Below, piece by piece: positions 24,451 through 35,481 of a DNA stretch of 64,000 bases. Below the pieces are notes generated by a model. That model searched no databases. It worked only from the letters and a program-made list of their open reading frames with translations, and was not told the DNA's origin. Every line of letters starts with the position of its first letter. The first letter of the stretch is position 1. The stretch is from NCBI GenBank assembly GCA_964016885.1, contig OZ024741.1, positions 368,404,001 through 368,468,000 on the forward strand. The letters are read 5' to 3'. A program made the position numbers and the translations under genes. The DNA comes from Eledone cirrhosa (lineage: Eukaryota).

Positions 24451-24839
24451 GCGAATACAAGTGGCCAAAATAGCGTACCTCTGAAGAGTCTTTGGAGTAA
24501 TGTTACTCAATGAAGTCCATAGCTCCAAGGTCAGAGAGTACTCTAGGTAGAGCCGCTACTTCTCTGAATTGAGAGATCACAGCTCTGATACTATGGGTAT
24601 GTGGTTAGAATGTCTCAGGAAAGAATTGCTGGACAGATTTTATGGGTAAAACCAGCCAGCAGGAGACCCAGGGGTAAACAAGCAAGATGGTTGGATAACA
24701 TCTATGAGCATGACTGGTCTCGCTTAGGGATCCAGCTGAATCATTTGAAGATGGTTGCTTCTGACAGGACCTGCTGGAAGGAGTGTTTGAGGACTCTGCC
24801 CCACAATCCTCTCAGGAATAAGAAGAATTTTAAAATTAC

Positions 24840-24935
24840 CTTAGAAGGTTTGTATCCAAGAAGACATAGAATGCTCATTTTGATATCTTCTCGACATAAA
24901 TACCCTTTGTTGCCTTCATCAAATTCTTTAAAGAC
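24840..24935 (-). CDS. EFCAB11: EFCAB11 exon 2 (EF-hand 1)
   Basis: cag|VFKEFDEGNKGYLCREDIKMSILCLLGYKPSK|gtaatt. Resembles the recalled human VFKACDEDHKGYLSREDFKTAVVMLFGYKPSK. Confidence 0.95.
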
Positions 24936-25763
24936 CTGCAAGGAATTAAAATGGAAATGATTAGCCCTTTTCAATTATGGGTGGTGTGACTAAGGCCACC
25001 TACCTCTCAGATTGGCTGGATTCCGCATCTTGCTTACATACGTTCAAATCAATGGATTTTAACACGGCACCAGCACTAGAGAAGTTGTCATGACATGACT
25101 TAAGAATCCTCTCATCCCTTTGTATGTTTTTTTTTTTATAGCTGGATGCCTTTATGATCACCAACCACTTTACAGAACGTACCAGATGCGTTTAATCATG
25201 TCACTCACCAACATTATTGAGCTTGTTGTGCATTTGACATTTTTTGGCATGGTTTCTACATATATGGTGATGCAATATATACACGAGTATATATGGCAAT
25301 TTATGTTTAAGTAGTATTAGGGCTGAGGAACACATTACAGATTGGTTGTCTTTATCTTTTAAGAGATGAATAACTTTTAACTTTAAAATATGTAAACAAA
25401 ATTTTTTTTCTGTATGTGCGTGTGCGCGCGCACTTTAAAGTTAACGATATATTTAAAATGAATGAAATTTTTATTTAAAATTTATATGGATTGTTTCTCA
25501 GGTTTGCTGGACAGACCAGAAAGTTGAAATATTTGTATATATTTTGGTACAAATACAAATATATATATATATATATATATTAGTACACCTGAGACACAGG
25601 AGTTATTTTGATAGATGCGGGGAGAAACGCGACAGATCGACGTGCTGTGAGTTTCAAGGCGCGGGAATACCTATGATTAAGATTTTGGTACATATATAGT
25701 TGTTTCTCACACTATTCCTCAGAGACGTCGTCGAAACTTACCGATTCCTTGTTGAAATTTTAA

Positions 25764-25920
25764 GCGCTTTTTCTTTATTGCTCCGCATTTCAAATTGAAA
25801 CAAATATTATGTAAGTTGGAGTTAAAATTTAGGACTAAGGGTTCGGGGTTAGGATAAGGATTTAAAGTTGTTTTTTTTAACGTCTGTTTCAATTTGAAAT
25901 GCGGGATAACAAAAAAGCGC
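25764..25920. mobile_element. MITE-like element with ~38-bp TIRs and an internal degenerate telomere-like hexamer tract
   Basis: gcgctttt..ccgcatttcaaattgaaaca / tgtttcaatttgaaatgcgg..aaaagcgc; interior ttagga-ctaagg-ggttcg-gggttagga. Confidence 0.7.
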
Positions 25921-25935
25921 CATATTTCACCAACT

Positions 25936-25949
25936 GTTGCTATGGATAC
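25936..25949 (-). promoter_or_regulatory. RFX X-box at +5..+18 of EFCAB11 intron 1
   Basis: GTATCC-AT-AGCAAC matches the RTHNYY-WT-RRNRAC consensus, about 100 bp downstream of the ATG. Confidence 0.65.
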
Positions 25950-25953
25950 TTAC

Positions 25954-26049
25954 ATTCCGTAGTAAACTAATCTCTTCCGGCAGTAAAGTCTGTTTTATCA
26001 ACTGATAACCTGTGTCACATGTGATAATGAAGTCCCGTGAAAAGTCCAT
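25954..26049 (-). CDS. EFCAB11: EFCAB11 exon 1 (predicted)
   Basis: ATG MDFSRDFIITCDTGYQLIKQTLLPEEISLLRN|gtaagt; 96 nt, phase 0. Gives a 174-aa protein; weak homology in this part. Confidence 0.7.
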
Positions 26050-27109
26050 ACATGTGAGTGGAATCTAAATATAAAAATACCAAAATAGGCTTATTTAGTT
26101 ATTAGTTCTCAGTTGGAAACACCTAAGAAATAATTTTGTTAGTTGATGACTTTAGTGATAATTTTCAAGGGAGACAACTCGTATGTGGTATAGCCAAGGT
26201 AATAAAGAACAAGGAAGTCTTTAGGCGATAGTTCAAACAGCGCCCAAATTTCCCTCAAATGACACCCTATTCGTTTAAATTAGGAAAGAACACGTTTGAT
26301 GATGTAGTCTTAGATACCTTTCCCACATAAATGTGTTCAATCAGAGCTGAACTGGTGTTAATCAAAAGAAATCCTTAGATATTGGTCGACATTTTTTCTC
26401 ATCTGCTTCAAAAATATATAAAATTATATTCCAACTAAACTATATAATGTTTAATATTTGCAAAAAAGACCGGACCTAAAAGAAGACATACACACTCAAA
26501 TACATACCAAAACCGACTTAGTGGTTAATGTGTTCGACTCACGTTTGTAAGGTTGTGAGTTCAATTCCTGATGGCGCATTGTCTTTGAACAGACACTTTA
26601 TTTCATGTTGCTCCAGTGCAATCAGCTGGCAAAAATGAGTTTTACCTGTAATTCAAAGGGCCAGTCTTTTTATACATGTGTCATACTGAATCTCCCTGAG
26701 AACTGCACGTGTCTACAGAATGCACAGACACGCAATTTCATAAATAGGCTGTTCTGTTTGAATAACTGGAACAATTCTTCATTTATTCTTGAAAGGGCTG
26801 TGAGGGGAGAGTTCTCAGACACACCTTCCAAAGGACCTTATTGGAAGTAACTCTCCAAATGATGTGGCTGGATTGCCCAGTAAGACCAACTAGACTCATG
26901 GATTTTACACCTACCTCCCTTCTTCTGAAGCAAGGGCATTACTACACCAACTTCTGCAATTCTTGCATTTAATTCAGCCTCCTGCCTTCCATCACTCATG
27001 AAAATGACCCCAAGATACCTGGACTTCACATACTTCATTCTAACTCCACTTACAGTCAGAGCACATTATACAAATTTGCTTTCAATCTTTGCAACACTAT
27101 ACATAGATA

Positions 27110-29036
27110 TATTTCTTTATTTACCATAAAGGCATAAAAAGAAGGGACAAATGCAAAGGGGGAGTTTACATACAATCGAGTAAAAAGGGTATAAAATGAA
27201 AATAATCGAAAATAACCTCAAAAGGGAGGGGACGTGATGGGGGTTGCACACACCCCCGAAAAAGTGTGCAATCCTTTGCCCGGGGAGCACATGGAGAAGG
27301 TGCTCCCCTCTCCTTTACTTCTTTACCTACAGGATGGTATACAGAGAAGGCCCATTTACGCGAGCCATTCTCGCCACTATCACCCACCTTTCATAAAACT
27401 GCCTGTGGCCAAGCACCTCTCTCTCCATTCTTATCCTTCTTCCGAAGTGATATCGGAAGAAGTAGACCAGACTATGGCCAGAGAGGAAGTTGCCTGACCT
27501 CAGACCTTTCAATCGTGTCCACCAAACAACCTCTTTTAACATGGCTATTACGCACAGAAAAACCGCCTTTGCTTCCTTTGTGAAGAGGGGAGGCGCTTTG
27601 ATTGTCATTACGGACTCGGCGGTCAATTGAATTGGCGCCACCCGCGACAGCAGTCGTTCGGCGTAGCCCCAGAGATCAGCCACGCCCGGACATTGCACCA
27701 ATGCGTGCGCAACGGTTTCTTCGTGACGCACGCATCTAGGGCAAATCTTTGTTGAGGGATCCCTGCCCGGGCACCCGTGTCTGTAGAGCCTCTCTCGAAC
27801 GGGTAGAGCCCCTCGGTAGCATTGCCAGGCCAGTGACTTCTGGAAGTTGTCCATTGGTCCTGGGCCGAAAGTCCTACCGAACAGGCTGGCCAGTTCGTCT
27901 TCTTCCATGTCCAGCGACTCTCCAAGGGTGTCATCGCCCCTGCTACCCACCAGCCCTCTATAGAATGATGAGGTGGATTCTCCACCGATGGCCTGGCCCG
28001 CTTGCCAGAGAGCCCTGAGCGCCTGAGCACACTCAGTGTGCCAGTCTCCCAGTTTTCCGGATCTTTGCTTGACCCAGGACTGTAGCTCGGTGAGCGAGAC
28101 GAGTCTCGGAAAGGCTCGTTTCACGAACGGAGCCCACACCGGTTGACCAGTGAGGAATACCTGTAGGTGCCATAGCCTTAATGCATGCCTACACATGATC
28201 AACCACGGCATCCCCAGCCCTCCTTTCGAAGGTTGTTGGCAGCAGATGGATCTTCTCACCATAGGAGGGCGCTTCTTCCAAAGAAATTGGAAGAGCATGC
28301 GTTCCATAGTGGTGAGTGTTTCCTTAGGGCAAGGCACAACAGTCAGGCGGTAGTAAGTGACGGACGCTATGTAAATGTTCGCCACCTCCGCCCGGCCTTT
28401 TAGGGACAGCTTATACTTGGCCCATTTCTGGGTTAGTGCAAACACCTTGTTCGTAACCTCGTTCCAGTTCTTTTCCACCTGGAGGTCCGGTCCAAACCAG
28501 ACCCCAAGCAACTTTACTGGGCCCTCCGTCCAGTGTCCGACGACACCGTCGGGAGGCATCGGTCTGCCTCTCCACGTTCCGAGTTGCAGCCCGATGGATT
28601 TTTCCCGGTTCAGTTTCGCTCCTGACAACCTTTCGTAATCCTCCAGTAAGGTACCGATCGCCTCGATCTCCGAGTCGGTCGATACCATTACTGCTACGTC
28701 ATCGGCGTAGGCCGACACCACTTTGCTCAATCCTGGTTCCAGGGGGATACCCTGCAACAACTCCAACTTCCTCAGTAAAGGCTCGAGAGTCAATACGTAC
28801 AGAAGGGAGGAGAGAGGGCACCCCCGTCGAATGGATCGTGTGATTTCGAACGGCTTCGAAAGGTAGCCGTTCACCTTGATCCTAGAACAGATGTGGTTGC
28901 TATGTAAGGCAGTGATCCAGCCTCTGAAAACAGGACTGAACCCAGCCGCCGCTAGCTCCGCATCCAGGTAACCATGGTCGACCCTATCGAAGGCCTTAGA
29001 CTGATCCAAGTTGATCAGGGCCCCACCGAAGCTGGG
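27110..29036 (-). mobile_element. Tx1/L1-clade LINE, 5'-truncated, 22-bp TSD
   Basis: TSD tttgcaacactatacatagata at 27088-27109 and 29037-29058; 560-aa open ORF2 fragment. Confidence 0.94.
27327..29009 (-). CDS. Tx1-type ORF2 fragment: RT + C-terminal CCHC zinc knuckle
   Basis: DQSKAFDRVDH, GCPLS, AYADD, KGGLG, CPRC...ETVAHALVQC. Confidence 0.92.
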   Translation of the reverse strand: MDQSKAFDRVDHGYLDAELAAAGFSPVFRGWITALHSNHICSRIKVNGYLSKPFEITRSIRRGCPLSSLLYVLTLEPLLRKLELLQGIPLEPGLSKVVSAYADDVAVMVSTDSEIEAIGTLLEDYERLSGAKLNREKSIGLQLGTWRGRPMPPDGVVGHWTEGPVKLLGVWFGPDLQVEKNWNEVTNKVFALTQKWAKYKLSLKGRAEVANIYIASVTYYRLTVVPCPKETLTTMERMLFQFLWKKRPPMVRRSICCQQPSKGGLGMPWLIMCRHALRLWHLQVFLTGQPVWAPFVKRAFPRLVSLTELQSWVKQRSGKLGDWHTECAQALRALWQAGQAIGGESTSSFYRGLVGSRGDDTLGESLDMEEDELASLFGRTFGPGPMDNFQKSLAWQCYRGALPVRERLYRHGCPGRDPSTKICPRCVRHEETVAHALVQCPGVADLWGYAERLLSRVAPIQLTAESVMTIKAPPLFTKEAKAVFLCVIAMLKEVVWWTRLKGLRSGNFLSGHSLVYFFRYHFGRRIRMEREVLGHRQFYERWVIVARMARVNGPSLYTIL

Positions 29037-29058
29037 TTTGCAACACTATACATAGATA

Positions 29059-29730
29059 GACTGGTAGATAGATAGACAGGTAAATAGCTAGATACGTTTC
29101 TTTATTTGCCACAAAGGCACACAAGAAATGGGACATTACAGGGATTTTACATTTAAACTTGTAAAAAAAGTTTTATCAGTTATAAGATAATTAAATAACA
29201 ATCGAAATCCCCAATAGGGGGAGCATTACAATTAGGTTGTTTTATACCCTGTAGATAGAACAACCCTCAACTCCAGGAGCATGTTTTGTAAGTGCTCCTG
29301 TTTTCTCTCTTTCTTCAACCTACAGGTTTATATACAGAGAAGGCCCAATCACTCAGGCCATTTTCACATCCACCCACCTTTCAACGAATTTACTGGGGTG
29401 CAGCACCTCTCCCTCCACTCTCCTCTCATTTTCCTTCTGAAGTGGTATTTTAAGAAGGGAATGAGTTGATGTCCGGAGAGGAAGGTGTCTGTCCTCACTC
29501 CTTTTAATCTTGTGCACCATAGTCACCAGATAGAGAAAAACCGCCTCTCCTCCGTTTTTAAATGAAGGTGACAGTGTGATCCTCACGATGGACTTGGCTG
29601 TCAACTGGATTTGTCCTACACATGACAGTAGCTGTTTGACATAGTTCCACAGGTTGGCCACCCCTGGGCACTGTACAATTGTATGCAGAGCGGTTTTAAT
29701 GTCCCGCTCGCATCTTGGATAGGTTTCAAG
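29059..29730 (-). mobile_element. Older Tx1-type 3' fragment with (CTAT)n-like tail
   Basis: ANLWNYVKQLLS..QIQLTAKSI..FVERWV paralogous to the 27327-27700 C-terminus; tail tagatagatagacagg. Confidence 0.85.
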
Positions 29731-29964
29731 TGGTTGGTTTATCTTTAAAACAATGTAACATGAAATATGGTGATGGTTGGAGTAACAAGGAGTGGGTCAA
29801 GGAAAAGGAGGATTTAAGTATCTTTACATAGAACGTTGTAATAAAAAAATTATGAAATTAAATATTTTTTATTATAAACACCATCATGTTTGATGGGTAC
29901 TATGCTAGTGTGTATATACACACACACACACATATTTATTTATGTAATAAACAATACTATAATT

Positions 29965-30037
29965 ATTCCATTACCCTAAGTTTCGCAAAGTTAGACAATT
30001 CTAACAGAAACGTCTAATATTGCTCATCAGATAAAAT
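29965..30037 (-). ncRNA. Type I hammerhead ribozyme, left arm
   Basis: AUUUUAU-CUGAUGA-GCAA..UUAGACG..UUCU-guu-AGAA..UGUCUAA..UUGC-GAAA-CU-uag-GG-UA-AUGGAAU; all core nucleotides present, GUA triplet. Confidence 0.82.
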
Positions 30038-30083
30038 CTTTATTATGGATACCATATAGATGTTATAGATATCCATAACAAAG

Positions 30084-30156
30084 ATTCTATCTGATGAGCA
30101 ATATCAGATGTTTCTGCTAGAATTGTCTAACTTCGCGAAACCTTGGGTAATGGAAT
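30084..30156 (+). ncRNA. Type I hammerhead ribozyme, right arm
   Basis: AUUCUAU-CUGAUGA-GC...GC-GAAA-CC-uug-GG-UA-AUGGAAU; 7-bp stem I, extended stem II, 3-bp stem III; predicted cleavage after 30149. Confidence 0.85.
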
Positions 30157-30799
30157 AATTATATTGTGTTGTTTATTACACAATTAAATAGCTCTGTACT
30201 ATACATAGAGCACTCTTCTTTCCTTTACATTTTCCACGGAAATATTTAACACCCATACACATTATATATGTCTGTATACACACAAGTTAAGGGCTGAAAC
30301 ACTCGTTTGAGGAGGGTTTCTTTGAAGACCTGTTGTCCAGCTCTCCTGAAAGTTTCTTACCACTATATCCCTCTTCTTCATGTAGTCTATGCTAACTGTC
30401 TTCCACACTTTAGGCTTCGTCCACTTTAGACCCCCTCCCCAACTCAAATGCTTCATCATCCAATCAATGCTGCCCTGGAAGATCAACTGCACCCTCCTGC
30501 CATAATGTGCTTTCACCCCCTCCCACAACCCAATCCAACTTCTTTGTCCAGCCCGAACCATCATAGAAAGCCTTGCACTCTTCACAATATACTGCCAGAT
30601 GTAATTCACTCTCTTCAAGGTCACACCTATGACATGATCCTTGCTATTCTACTGTGGAATGACTACCACCCCTCCTCAACAAACAAGATGCAGTTCTCTC
30701 CCTCCTCAACTCTCATCTTACATACCCACTCTCGTCACTGCCCTATCAGTCTGATCGAGGATGCAACTAACACCCTAGTGTTGTAATGGGATAGTTCTG

Positions 30800-31137
30800 G
30801 TTCCACAGCATGAAATTGGTCCTTAGCAACTTTCAGGTGTTCTCTGGCTGCACACACTGGTTTTACTGTAGCAATGGTTCAGAGCAGGAGAGTTAAGGCT
30901 AAAAAGATATCAGATGCTGAATTTGCTGACGACATAGTTCTGGTGACAAGCACAGTGAAGGAGGCAGTGGAGTTGATGCAGAAAGTCAAGAAGAGAGAGA
31001 GAGACCAAGGTTGACATATATTGATGCCCTAAGGATCGGCACTGGTCTCTGGGAGATGCAGGACATGGCAGCGATGATGAAGGACAGAGTCCGCTGGAGA
31101 GAACTCATCCATGGATCTCGGGAATTTTATCCGCCCT
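30800..31137 (+). mobile_element. RTE family B remnants (RT FADD segment joined to the 3' end), followed by (TA)n
   Basis: DAEFADDIVL; RPRLTYIDAL...[14 protein letters not shown] as in 364-609. Confidence 0.8.
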
Positions 31138-32318
31138 ATATATATATATATATATAAATTAGAGCAACTTCTATCCATCACATGATGTGTGTTTGTGTGA
31201 ATTTATGTGTGTGTAAAAGAAAGTGGATAGCAAAACAGCATTTGGTGTTCCATTTACTATGCTGTGTGTGAGTACATGTGTGTTTGTGTAAATATATGTT
31301 TATTTGTGTGAATGTATGTCTGTGAGTGTGTATTTTTGTAAGTGTGTCTGTGCTTGTGCGTTTATATTTATATACTCATACATATAAATGCATGCATATG
31401 CACTTACACACATATACACATACATTTCAGCATATTGAAAAAAATTCTATACACTGATAGATAGGAGACACAAGTAGATAAGTCACACCTCCATTTTACA
31501 AATAACATATACAATGTACCATATATTTCGAAACTGGAGGTTTGTAGGTCCATAGATAAATCACATACTGTTTTTTCATTTTAAATTTTCATGGAAAAGG
31601 GTGCTACTTATACAGATATGATACATGGTAATTACCTAATTATAATTTCTTAGTTCTCTATATTCAGTATTTTAACACCAAGATTACTGTTTGTTTTCCA
31701 TGCAGTTGGTGTCCCTAAATAAGCTACCTTTTTGTCATTCTTTTTTGAGTGGAGCCATCAGTTTTCTGATGTATTCTGACATCACTGATAACTAACTTAT
31801 TTGGGGGAGTACATTCCCTCCATCCTGTTTTCTAATAAACAAGTAGTCAATTTGGCTTGTGTTCACCAGATTGGTAAGTGATGAAGTGGCTGGATAATTT
31901 CTTGAAGTTAGTGTTGCAAATGGTTAGACCATTTATATCATTGTGATACGTCTTTATTTCTTGAGCCATAGCTGTAGCCACAGGGCGCTCCAGCAGTGTC
32001 ATCCAGACTTTATATATGGGAGGGCGTCTCAATCTTTTAAGTGTTTAGAGCCTCAAAAGAACATAATGCAGCCCTACACAATAGCATGGAACTCCTAAGC
32101 ATATGGTTGCAAAATGAACTCCTTAACTGCATAGCCATGTCTGCACCTATTTAAAAATATTATATTTTACTGCAGTACGTAACAGCTGTGATTTTCACAT
32201 ATCTTATCTAATACTTTATTGACCTGTTATATTGCCAATCTTATTTGCTTTTCTGTCATGAAACATAAAATGTATAATTTGAAAATATAGTTGCCACAAT
32301 GCAGATAACTATAATTAA

Positions 32319-32518
32319 CCCTTTAATGTTCAAACCGGCCAGAATTCTCTACCTTTTTCTGTTGTAACTGGTCACTCAAACTGATGTTAAGGTATTGTTC
32401 TCAAAATAAATACTTTCAAAATCTCATAGATTCAATATTATGTGAGATATTTATGCGAGATAAAGCCTTTACCATGAAAATATAATAGTATATATAGAGT
32501 AATGTAAATGCTAAAGGG
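32319..32518 (+). mobile_element. piggyBac-type MITE with TTAA TSD
   Basis: TTAA|CCCTTTA...CTAAAGGG|TTAA; same family as 54651-54848 and 63555-63759. Confidence 0.85.
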
Positions 32519-32554
32519 TTAAGTAGGCCAGGTAAAATATTTTGTCTTCTTAGG

Positions 32555-33960
32555 AAGACTAATCAGAACCACATGGCCCATGTATCATAAACTTTTTAAT
32601 TTGCTCATGTAGTACCAGATCATCTTCCAATGCATGGATTTTTGCTGACTTAATTCTGTTTCGAAGCTTGTCTTCATTTCTTAAAATGACCAATATATGG
32701 CAATGAGGAAGTCCTCTTTTTTGGAATTCAATGACGTGAACATGAACCACAGGCACGCCGAAAATGTGTTTTTCTTTGATATTTTTCATCACTTTAGAAA
32801 GATGAGACTTACAGATTTTGGCAACTAACTCTGGTGTTTTCTGTTGCTTCATTTTGAATATCAGAGCATTTAGAGTTGCATAAATATGTTATAAAAAGAT
32901 CTGGCTTGCCATATTTGGCAACAATTGTCATAACACCCTGAAAATACTGATGCACATTTCTTGGGCTGTCAGTGAAAGATAATGGCAAAATAACTCTAGG
33001 TTCGGTATTATCATATGCTCCTCTGTTTAGATAATCTATTAAATCATTATATTCATCCACTCTCAATTGGACTTGATCGTTCCTTAAATATTGAAGCCCG
33101 CATACCTCTACTTTCATATAGGCATCCACTAAATACAACTGAAATAATTTACCTGTCCTATGTATCACACTATATCCTCCTTTATATGCTATACAGTATC
33201 TGTCATACTCCTGCAATGTTAGTCTATTGTGGATATATGTCCCGTGTTCCTCTGCATGCTGCATGTCACCCAAATTCCCGATGTGGAAACAAAGGGTCGG
33301 TCATAGGGTCCGAGTGGCATGAAATATGATATTTTCTCAGGAGGATGGTATTTAGGGTAGATGACAATATCTCTGTGTACAGGGGGTGCACCATCTATCT
33401 CCATAAAAACAACAGCTATTTCATTGCTAGTTAGTAAATTATAACATCTCATATTTGATCCTTTTCTAAATCTTAATTCAATTCTGTCCAGGATGGTTTT
33501 CTCTTCTTGTTCAATGTCATGCATTGTATACTTCAGCATATGGATTACATTCATGCAACACCTCACTGCAGTGAGCAGTCAATATTTGGCAGTGCTTCCA
33601 ATGTGCTGCACAGCTTCCTTAGCATCAATAATATAATAATTGGCCATATTGTGGTGTATTTTCTGCAGGGTAAAAAGGTGTGGTATATTTATAAGTTTGA
33701 CCATGAATACAAAAGCAATAGGTGGTAAGGCAAGTTTAACACCAAATGAAGCAAAAGAAAATGCACAGTTGTAATTGTGGATGTTCTGCAAAATGCAACT
33801 GCTTCTTGGCCTTCTCCTTCAAAGAGATTTCTCAGTCTCTCAGGGAATATTTGCAATAGAGGCAGCACAACTTTTCCATTATTACAACAGTTATAATTTT
33901 CATTTCTAAATTTCAAAGCTTCACAATGATTGCACAAAACATTTATATCACCAATACGAA
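32555..33960 (-). mobile_element. Decayed Helitron Rep region
   Basis: CNHCEALKF..CCNNGKVVLP, YNCAFSFASFG, GKLFQLYLVDAY, KYGKPDLFIT, VIEFQKRGLPHCHIL (HUH), MIHGPCG across several frames. Confidence 0.92.
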
Positions 33961-35298
33961 ATTCTTATACATTACCATTAATATTAGTTGCTGGGCAATT
34001 TTTCCTAAGATGCTCATTATGCATTCTATTCTGTCTGAAATTGTGCAATTCTTCAACATTCACGTTTTCTATTTCTAAGTGATGATGATGATGATAACTT
34101 TTGTATGGATAAGATATATCTGAAGAATTTTGTACAAAGTACACACAATTACCTGTTAGATACATTTGCACACTTGCATTTACATACTTTGACACAGACA
34201 CGGCTGTGTGGTTAAGAAACTTGCTTCACAACCATGTGGTTTCAGGTTCAATCCTACTGTACAATATGCTGGGCAAGTGTCATTTATAATAGCCTCTGTA
34301 GGTAATAAATTTACTTGGCAATTACTGCATCAATTTGTAAATGAAATTCTAGAAACAGAAAGTATGCAGAAGCCGATTGTATTCTGTTCTGTTTCCAATT
34401 GTGAGACTTATTTTTATTATTCTCATTTATTTAAGTGCTCCATTTGCTATCCTAGTCAAAAGACACTGTTGTTTTCCTCTGTCTATGGTTTCATACACAT
34501 CTTTCTGGTGGTTTCTGCAGCCGAGGCTCAACATTATGCAATCCCACCCTTATACAAGGTGTGGCATAAATACTGTTACAAAATAAAATGCTTATAACTC
34601 CTTAAATATTTATAGTATCTAGCTACAATTGTGACACAAAGTAACTAATAAAATGTTTAAAACCATGGCTGTGTGGTTAAGAAGTTTGCTTCACAATTGC
34701 ATGGCATCTTGGACAAGTATCTCTTGGTGCAGTTTCATGTTGATTAAATTTGGTTGACAGAAACTGTGTTGAAGCCTTTTGACAATATAAGTATTATTAT
34801 TATATACACATCCTACGATCGAGTTTAAACAGTGGGGCATATTTCTCCTATAATAATATCTATACTTTCCTTAACTATGAAGTACTATGTTGAATAATAG
34901 TCTTGCTAGTAACTTTTTATCTCTCATATACAGGGTGCGTATGTTATTTGAGGACAGATTTATGTTTATAGAAAAACAGATATATAATAAATTATAACTT
35001 AATTATTGAAAAAATGCTATAAGCATAAAAGTAAAGCATTTTAAAAATAATTTTATTCAATAAAGCCACCTTCAGCTTCAATAACTGCTTCTATGCGAGA
35101 TCCAAATCGTCTACATGTTCAAATTAAATGGTCCTGGTTTATATTGGACATTACTCTGACTATGGCAGCTTTCAAAGTATCTTTCGTGTTATGGGGGTGG
35201 TCACTGATTTCTCGCTCAACAACGCTCCAGACTTAGTAGTCCAATGGATTGAGATCTGGGGAGTTAGGAAGTCAAATGTTAGGGGTTATGTGATCAGG

Positions 35299-35481
35299 GC
35301 GGTGGATTGGCAGTATCGGTAGAGGGTCAGACACCATGCTTTCCAGCATAGTAACGTCCCTTTACGATCTGAGTTCAAATCCCGCCGAGGTTGACTTTAC
35401 CTTTTATCCTTACGGGGTCGATAAAATGAAGTACCAGTAATGCACTGGGTAATTGCTGGCCTTGTGCCTAAAGTAGAAACA
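35299..35481 (+). mobile_element. SINE S1, 14-bp TSD
   Basis: TSD gttatgtgatcagg at 35285-35298 and 35482-35495. Confidence 0.92.

Larger units (their letters stand above)
29943..30262 (+). mobile_element. Non-coding fold-back element: ~110-bp inverted arms (29943-30051 / 30070-30180), each with a hammerhead, + unique tail ending in TA
   Basis: Inverted repeat read directly; see the two hammerhead features. Confidence 0.88.

Noticed and set aside
24741-24974. 77-aa single-exon EF-hand ORF from the track
   Set aside because: Only 24840-24935 is exon. The flanks are intron and antisense RTE sequence.
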